DNA from: Armatimonadota bacterium | GTDB lineage: Bacteria; Armatimonadota; Fervidibacteria; Fervidibacterales; Fervidibacteraceae | NCBI GenBank assembly: GCA_025057575.1 | Contig: JANXBO010000009.1 | Span: 1,699-65,698, forward strand | Direction: 5' to 3' | Length of the DNA: 64,000 bases | Shown: one piece after another, positions 58,683-64,000 of the stretch | How positions within the stretch are numbered: position 1 is the first letter of the stretch | How the letters are laid out: the number at the start of each line of letters is the position of its first letter | Translations under genes and position numbers: made by a program | Notes under the pieces: generated by a model | What the model was told of the DNA's origin: nothing | Databases searched by the model: none | What the model saw: only the letters and a program-made list of their open reading frames with translations

Positions 58683-59720
58683 TCAATCACTTTCCACAAC
58701 AAGAACTAACTTTCCAAAAAATGACCGACTTTCCATAAGGCGATGGGCTTGAGCGGCTTGTTGTAAAGGAAGAACATCGCTAAGGACCGGCTTCAGTTTC
58801 CGCTGACCGACCAAGTCAACGATGGTCATCAGTTCGGAGGTCCTCCCCATCATTGACCCAATAATGGACAGTTGTCGGCTAAAAAGGAAGCGAATGTCAA
58901 AGGTCGCAGAAGGTCCTGTCGTCGCCCCACAGGTGACGATCCGACCTCCTTTTGCCAACACCTGAAGACTTTGGGGCATCGTCTGCTGACCTATGTGATC
59001 TACAACAAGGTCCACCCCCCTTCCTTCCGTAATCGCTCGCACCTGTTGGACCACATCCTCACGGCTATGAAGGAGGGTAAAGTCCGCTCCAAGGGTCTGA
59101 GCCTTTTCCACTTTCTGCTCGGACCCCACGGTCGCAATCACCAGGGCACCGGAAAGTTTGGCGATCTGAACGGCAGCCGAACCAACACCGCTTCCCGCTG
59201 CCCAGACAAGGACCCACTCTCCGGCTCGGATTCGTCCCCGACTGTGGAGCATATGCCAAGCGGTCAGAAAGGTCAACGGAAAAGCCGCTGCCTCCTCAAA
59301 GGTCAAGTTCTCAGGCATCGGAATCAGGTTCCTCACTGGCACTCTTGCCAACTCTGCGTAACCGCCCCAGGTTTTGGCACCGAAGATGCCAAAGGAATCG
59401 CATTGACTGTCTTCTCCGTCCCGACACGCTCGGCAGGATCCGCAGGTCAGATTGGGGTTCACGATGACCTTTTGACCAATCTGAAAAGGACCCTTGTCAT
59501 CCGGCAAACTGAGAATTTCTCCCGCCACATCACTACCAGGGATGTGCGGCAAGGACAACCGATAGGCGGGAATTCCTCTTCGCAGCCAAAGGTCCAAATG
59601 ATTGAGGGCGCAGGCGCGGACTCGGATCAGTGCCTCTCCCTCGCCAGGCTGGGGATCAGACCAATCCCCATACTGAAGGACTTCCGGACCACCGTGCTCC
59701 GTAATGGCGACTCCTTTCAT
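58683..59720 (-). CDS. Zinc-type alcohol dehydrogenase-like / quinone oxidoreductase (MDR superfamily)
   Basis: 345 aa with a GroES-like N-domain, a structural Zn Cys cluster 'CGSCRACRDGEDSQC' and the NAD(P) fold 'VWAAGSGVGSAAVQIA'. Confidence 0.85.
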   Translation of the reverse strand: MKGVAITEHGGPEVLQYGDWSDPQPGEGEALIRVRACALNHLDLWLRRGIPAYRLSLPHIPGSDVAGEILSLPDDKGPFQIGQKVIVNPNLTCGSCRACRDGEDSQCDSFGIFGAKTWGGYAELARVPVRNLIPMPENLTFEEAAAFPLTFLTAWHMLHSRGRIRAGEWVLVWAAGSGVGSAAVQIAKLSGALVIATVGSEQKVEKAQTLGADFTLLHSREDVVQQVRAITEGRGVDLVVDHIGQQTMPQSLQVLAKGGRIVTCGATTGPSATFDIRFLFSRQLSIIGSMMGRTSELMTIVDLVGQRKLKPVLSDVLPLQQAAQAHRLMESRSFFGKLVLVVESD

Positions 59721-59746
59721 CGTTGACCTCCTATCCTGGTTAAAAT

Positions 59747-61042
59747 ATGCACGATCTATGGGGAAATGGCATATTCATTGCCGGTGAACAAGTATTGCCC
59801 TTTACTATTGAAGATTTGGAGGATCTCTTGCGGCTCTTGGACCAGCATCCAGATTGGAAAGAAGCCTTAGTCCGCCGGCTCCTTTCACCCGATTTGCTGG
59901 CGGCTCCTACTCAAATTCAGGAATCCTGGAAACAGATCCAAGCCCTCAGGGCGGTTGTGGAGGAGTTCTTCCGAAGATCCCAAGGGGAGATAAACGCCTT
60001 AAGGGAAATGCAAGGGACTCTGGCAGAAACGGTGAGTTTACTTGTTCAGCGGTTTGAGAACCTGGTGCACCAATTGATGGGATTGACGGAAAGCCACCAG
60101 CGTCTTTTAGACTTTCAGGAACGCCTCGCCCAGTCAGTAGATGCTTTGGCTCAGAGCCACGAGCAACTCGTTCAAAGAGTAGATGCTTTAGCAGAGAGCC
60201 ACGAACGGCTCGTTCAAAGAGTAGATGCTTTGGCAGAGAGCCACGAACGGCTGGCTCAAAGAGTAGATGCTTTAGCAGAGAGCCACGAACGGCTCGTTCA
60301 AAGAGTTGATGCTTTAGCAGAGAGCCACGAACGGCTGGCTCAAAGAGTAGATGCTTTGGCAGAGAGCCACGAACGGCTCGTTCAAAGAGTAGATGCTTTG
60401 GCGAAAAGCCACGAAGAACTGGCAAAAAGTCAAGAGGCGTTGACCAGGAGCCACGAGTCGCTGGTCGCACGGGTGGATTCCCTCATTCAAACCGTTCAGG
60501 AACTGTCGGAACAGATCCGCCGCGTGGAGCAAGATCTGTCCCGACTTACTGATGAACTGTCCCGTCTAACGACCTGGCAGGGGGGCGAGGCAGCCCGAAG
60601 AGAAGGAGAGCGATATGAAAGGGACATTGTGCGCTCAGCCGTCCGGCTTTTCCGGGGTGGTCAGGGCGGACCAGCCGATCATCCGGTCATTCAGGATCTG
60701 TTTCGCCGGTATTTGGCGCCACACATCAAACCAGAAGATTGGGACGGTTTTCCAGACCCGAAAAGTGACCCTTCCTATGCTGATTTGATTTGGATGAAGG
60801 GCGATAAGGTTGCTGTTGTAGAGGTCTCTATCACTGTTGACGAAAACGATGTCCAGAGGGCAGCCGAAAGAGCCCAGACCTTAAGGTCGGTCGGTCTGGA
60901 CGCTTTCGGTGTTGTGATCGGCAAATACTGGGAAGGGCTGGCAGTGAGGCAAGAGGCAAAGTTTCGGAGAGTGGAATGGTGGATTCAGAGCGAGGGGAGA
61001 CCGTCAGACGGTCTCATTGCCTTTCTTGCCTTGCCTCCTTAA
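59747..61042 (+). CDS. Hypothetical coiled-coil protein with 14-aa tandem repeats and a PD-(D/E)xK-like C-terminal domain
   Basis: 431 aa. The central heptad-rich rod includes (VDALAESHERL[V/A]QR)n. The C-terminal ~150 aa carry 'ADLIWMKGDKVAVVEVSITVDENDV' (D...ExS, restriction-endonuclease-like spacing). This is the only plus-strand gene in its neighbourhood. Confidence 0.75.
   Translation: MHDLWGNGIFIAGEQVLPFTIEDLEDLLRLLDQHPDWKEALVRRLLSPDLLAAPTQIQESWKQIQALRAVVEEFFRRSQGEINALREMQGTLAETVSLLVQRFENLVHQLMGLTESHQRLLDFQERLAQSVDALAQSHEQLVQRVDALAESHERLVQRVDALAESHERLAQRVDALAESHERLVQRVDALAESHERLAQRVDALAESHERLVQRVDALAKSHEELAKSQEALTRSHESLVARVDSLIQTVQELSEQIRRVEQDLSRLTDELSRLTTWQGGEAARREGERYERDIVRSAVRLFRGGQGGPADHPVIQDLFRRYLAPHIKPEDWDGFPDPKSDPSYADLIWMKGDKVAVVEVSITVDENDVQRAAERAQTLRSVGLDAFGVVIGKYWEGLAVRQEAKFRRVEWWIQSEGRPSDGLIAFLALPP
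60137..60430 (+). repeat. Seven tandem 42-bp in-frame repeats (copies 2-6 near-identical; copies 2 and 4 identical)
   Basis: Direct read of the unit GTAGATGCTTTRGCAGAGAGCCACGAACGGCTSGYTCAAAGA with boundaries at 60137, 60179, 60221, 60263, 60305, 60347 and 60389. The Val/Ala alternation suggests an 84-bp super-unit. Confidence 0.95.
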
Positions 61043-61096
61043 TCCCTTTTTGGGTGTTGGATTCCGTCGTGATGGGGAATTCAATGAACTCCTCTC

Positions 61097-62899
61097 TCAA
61101 CCAGACGGATTGCCGTCGCTTGTTGACCGATAAGGTGCTGAACGAGGTGCATCCGCGACGGGTCTTGACGATGGAAGAGGAGCGACCGAAGGCTCTTCGG
61201 GCGTCTCGGTCCCTTTCATCGCCGGTATGATAAAAGAAAAGGTGCTGCCTTTACCCAACTCACTTTCTACCTGAATCATACCCCCGTGGGCTTCCACCAG
61301 GGCTTTACTAAGGGGAAGACCCAGCCCCGTTCCTTTGAGCCCATAAGTCCAAAGGGTCTCCTTGTGCGCCTGATGATATTTTTCAAAGATCCTTTCCTTG
61401 TCTTCCGGTCTTATTCCCGGTCCTTGATCGGACACACTAACTTGAAGGAACGGTCGTGGTTGACGACTGTCGTCGGTGTGTCGCCTCACGACTTTTCCTT
61501 CAATGGTAATCACACCCCCCTCGGGGCTGAACTTAACGGCGTTGGACAAAAGATTGGTGAGAACTTGGGCAATTCTATCGGGATCAGCAGAGATCTTTGG
61601 AAGATCCTTTGGGAAAGAAACCTTTAAGGTCAATTTCTTTTGCGCCATCAAAGGTGCGAACATTTCGGTGACGCTTTTAACGATGGGAACGATGTCTAAA
61701 GGTCGGAAGTAGAGAGTCATCGCACCGGCTTCCAGTTTGGTCAGGTCTAAAAGATCGTTGATCAATCGGAGGATGCGATGGGTGGCTTCGGAGAGAGAGT
61801 GAAGGTATTCTTTCTTTTCTTCCGGTGACAGATCATCTTGTTGGAGTAAGCGGGCGAAGCCGGTGATAGCGGTAATGGGTGACCTCAGTTCGTGCGACAC
61901 TAACGCCAGAAATTCCTCCTTCATTTTTTGAAGTTTCCTCTCTTCAGTTACATCCAAAAGGGTGGTAATGGTGCCGATGATCCGTCCCTGCAGATCCGTT
62001 AGGGAAATCGTCTTTGCCAGGACTGTTTTGCCGTCCTGGGCGACCTCTTGACTGGCAACCTTGCCGACTTCCGGGGGCGTTATCAGATTTAATCCCAGGG
62101 GCTCCAAATCAGAGACGGTTTGCAACTGAGAAGTGCCCAATATTTTAGCGGCGGCGGGATTGAAGAGGACAATTGTGCCGTCTTTATCCGCCAACAGGAC
62201 GCCGTCGGTCATCTGCTCTACGAGGAGGCGTTCCACTCGCTCCTCATTGGCTTTGATGGCTTGCAATCTCTCAACCGTCGCCGCTGCATGCTGAAGAAAG
62301 GCGCGGAGGAAAAGTTCTTCTTGAGAACCGAAGGGGCGCTCTCGGTAAAGGGTGAGGTGCCCGGCGGCATTCTCATCGTCACCGATGGGCAAGATTAACG
62401 AGTAAGGCTGGATCTCGCCACCAGTCCAGGAGCCGGCGTCACAGACCAGTCCGTATCCCGACGATTCGGTGAGGGCTTGGGCACCCTCTCCAATAAGCGG
62501 GAGCAACTCTTCAAAGGATGTGGCTTTGGATAGTAAGGCTTCTTGCTCCCGAAGCCGATGCAGATTGCGGACCGTTTGAACGGAGAGGGAGACAGCGAAG
62601 AAAATGAAAATGCCCATCAAGAAGAAGACCGCAACCGTCAACCCCTGCTGGACCAGGGCTGCCGTCATTGCTGCCCGCAAAGATGGATAAGGACCCACCA
62701 GTATCGCTGCATACGCCACATAGCCAAGAACAAAGAACAGGGTCAGCGCCTGAAGTTGCCGCCATTGGCGCTCGTGAGGGAGGAGATCAATTAGTTGGCG
62801 CACGCGTCGGAGGCTCCAGGTTAGCAGGATAAGGGCGATCAGGATGGCTCCGACAAAGATCAAGGTGTGACCCCAGAAGTCCCACAGGTTCTTAAGCAT
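61097..62899 (-). CDS. Sensor histidine kinase (multi-TM, GAF/PAS-like, HisKA, HATPase_c)
   Basis: H-box 'LVSHELRSPITAI', N-box 'LTNLLSNAVKF', G1 'VSDQGPGI' and G2 'GTGLGLPLS'. N-terminal region has 3-4 TM helices. No cognate response regulator is adjacent. Confidence 0.88.
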   Translation of the reverse strand: MLKNLWDFWGHTLIFVGAILIALILLTWSLRRVRQLIDLLPHERQWRQLQALTLFFVLGYVAYAAILVGPYPSLRAAMTAALVQQGLTVAVFFLMGIFIFFAVSLSVQTVRNLHRLREQEALLSKATSFEELLPLIGEGAQALTESSGYGLVCDAGSWTGGEIQPYSLILPIGDDENAAGHLTLYRERPFGSQEELFLRAFLQHAAATVERLQAIKANEERVERLLVEQMTDGVLLADKDGTIVLFNPAAAKILGTSQLQTVSDLEPLGLNLITPPEVGKVASQEVAQDGKTVLAKTISLTDLQGRIIGTITTLLDVTEERKLQKMKEEFLALVSHELRSPITAITGFARLLQQDDLSPEEKKEYLHSLSEATHRILRLINDLLDLTKLEAGAMTLYFRPLDIVPIVKSVTEMFAPLMAQKKLTLKVSFPKDLPKISADPDRIAQVLTNLLSNAVKFSPEGGVITIEGKVVRRHTDDSRQPRPFLQVSVSDQGPGIRPEDKERIFEKYHQAHKETLWTYGLKGTGLGLPLSKALVEAHGGMIQVESELGKGSTFSFIIPAMKGTETPEEPSVAPLPSSRPVADAPRSAPYRSTSDGNPSG

Positions 62900-62964
62900 T
62901 CACGGAACCCCCAAGAAGAGAAAGAAGAGATGGAGGGCTTTTTCCCTTAATCGTTTGGTGCTTT

Positions 62965-63984
62965 TTATCCCCCTGTCGGGATCCCGGTGGTCGTGCTGAA
63001 GGCGGGCTGGAGGCGAGCCGTTGGGTCAATGTAAACTTTTGCCTGATTGACCGCAATCGCCGCCTCTGCTACGCCGGTGGCGATCAGTTTGATTTTTCCC
63101 GGATAAGTCGCCACGTCGCCAGCGGCAAACACACCTGGGATGCTGGTCATCATTCGCTGGTCAACGACGACGTCATTTCCTTCCATCTGAAGACCCCAAG
63201 ACTTAACCGGACCTAAGTCCGTCGTAAAGCCCAAGGATAAGATGACCTCGTCAATCGGCAAAAGGGTCTGCTGACCCGTCTTGTTATGAAAAATGATCGC
63301 TTGCTCGGGGCGTTCGTTGCCGATGATCGTCTCCAGTTCATGAAACAGGTGCACCTCAACGGAAGAGGCGAGCAGTTGCTCCACCGAATGTTCGTGAGCC
63401 CGAAACTTATCCCTCCGATGAATTAAATGAACTTTCTCGGCAATCGGTTCCAGAGTCAGTGCCCAATCAACGGCGCTGTCCCCACCACCGACGATCAGGA
63501 CTTTCTTGCCTCGGTAAGCGTCCACATTGGTGACGGTGTAAGCGACACCTCTACCCTCAAACCGCTCCACTTCAGGTTTGCCCAGGCGCCTGGGATGAAA
63601 GGCACCCAGCCCAACGCACAAAAGGATCGTCCGCGAATAGTGAAGCCCCTTATTGGTCTCCAAAACAAACCCATTGTCTTCTTCCTGTTTTTTGAGATGA
63701 ACGGCGGTTTCATTGAGGCAGACGGTGGGCTGGAACTGCATTGCTTGCTCCACCATTAGCCGCACCAATTCACTAGCACGAACCTTGGGAAAACCGGGCA
63801 TATCGTAAATAAACTTTTCCGGATACAGGGCTGTCAATTGTCCCCCCAATTGGGGCAGGGCGTCTATGATCTTCATTTTCATCTGGCGCATGCCGGCATA
63901 AAAGGCGGCAAACAGACCGGTCGGTCCGCCCCCGATGATGGTGATGTCGTAAATGCGGTCTCCTTCACGTTTTGATCTGGACAA
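62965..63984 (-). CDS. Ferredoxin--NADP(+) reductase, thioredoxin-reductase-like type (YumC-like)
   Basis: 'DITIIGGGPTGLFAAFYAGMRQMKMKIIDALPQLGGQLTALYPEKFIYDMPGFPKV' closely resembles Bacillus YumC-type FNR. Second dinucleotide motif 'VLIVGGGDSAVDWA'. No CxxC redox pair, which argues against TrxB. Confidence 0.85.
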   Translation of the reverse strand: MSRSKREGDRIYDITIIGGGPTGLFAAFYAGMRQMKMKIIDALPQLGGQLTALYPEKFIYDMPGFPKVRASELVRLMVEQAMQFQPTVCLNETAVHLKKQEEDNGFVLETNKGLHYSRTILLCVGLGAFHPRRLGKPEVERFEGRGVAYTVTNVDAYRGKKVLIVGGGDSAVDWALTLEPIAEKVHLIHRRDKFRAHEHSVEQLLASSVEVHLFHELETIIGNERPEQAIIFHNKTGQQTLLPIDEVILSLGFTTDLGPVKSWGLQMEGNDVVVDQRMMTSIPGVFAAGDVATYPGKIKLIATGVAEAAIAVNQAKVYIDPTARLQPAFSTTTGIPTGG

Positions 63985-64000
63985 GGGTGATCCTCCTTGA

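Noticed and set aside
59721-59746. TTGACC ... TAAAAT immediately before the ATG of the coiled-coil gene, as a promoter for a leaderless mRNA
   Set aside because: The spacer is only 12 nt and the -10-like hexamer abuts the ATG, so a transcript could not include the start codon. The true promoter probably lies within the divergent gene, or the start codon is further downstream.
60137-60430. Could the regular 42-bp repeats be a CRISPR array?
   Set aside because: The units are contiguous with no spacers and lie in-frame inside a long ORF, encoding a heptad coiled coil. No cas genes are present in the window.
61097-61230. Pro/Ser-rich ~40-aa tail on the histidine kinase and the overlapping 84-aa plus-strand ORF (60976-61230)
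   Set aside because: The tail is probably just a disordered extension up to the first stop. The plus-strand ORF lacks an SD and overlaps two better-supported genes.
1-64000. tRNA, rRNA, transposase/integrase genes, prophage or toxin-antitoxin pairs
   Set aside because: No intergenic region is long enough or shows cloverleaf-like features. No ORF shows DDE/tyrosine-recombinase/serine-recombinase, phage structural or TA motifs. This is visual inspection only; tRNAscan-SE, Infernal or ISfinder would be definitive.

Overview
This is a 64-kb chromosomal window of moderate-to-high GC, densely coding, with about 55 protein genes. I found no rRNA, tRNA, CRISPR array, transposase or integrase by eye. 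All calls come from motif recognition on the supplied ORF translations; no database search was run. The lineage cannot be determined. A DUF1559/H-X9-DG prepilin-like protein and thermophile-like amino-acid usage hint at an Armatimonadota- or Planctomycetota-like organism, with low confidence.

In order along the window:
- PBP2 (cell wall) with a DUF2231 membrane protein, a class I glutamine amidotransferase and a SAM methyltransferase
- mgtE
- prkA-yeaH-spoVR stress module with a near-consensus promoter
- divergent TolC and MacA/MacB-type efflux pump, followed by a glycine-rich LTXXQ-like periplasmic protein
- DciA/DUF721-like protein
- thiE-thiL-argD
- four translationally coupled genes: hypothetical, GGDEF with an orphan DHp-like tail, REC-GAF-HD-GYP with a degenerate HD, and a UbiA-family prenyltransferase
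- xseA-xseB-ispA
- uncharacterised envelope cluster of two large lipoproteins and a putative beta-barrel protein
- long minus-strand housekeeping array: AllA-like, CCA enzyme, site-2 protease (S2P), trpS, scpA, scpB, D-Ala-D-Ala carboxypeptidase, YfcE-like phosphoesterase, MFS transporter
- Gfo/Idh/MocA oxidoreductase, rhodanese, isochorismatase-family protein and PHP-domain protein
- PolX with a basic tail
- prepilin-like DUF1559 protein
- heat-shock super-operon dnaK-htrA-dnaJ-hspR-htrA-clpB, with no grpE
- MDR dehydrogenase
- coiled-coil protein built on seven near-identical 42-bp in-frame repeats with a nuclease-like C-terminus
- orphan histidine kinase
- TrxR-type ferredoxin-NADP reductase

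The best candidates for undescribed biology are the lipoprotein/barrel cluster, the repeat-expanded coiled-coil/nuclease-like protein, and the unusual c-di-GMP module coupled to a UbiA enzyme.
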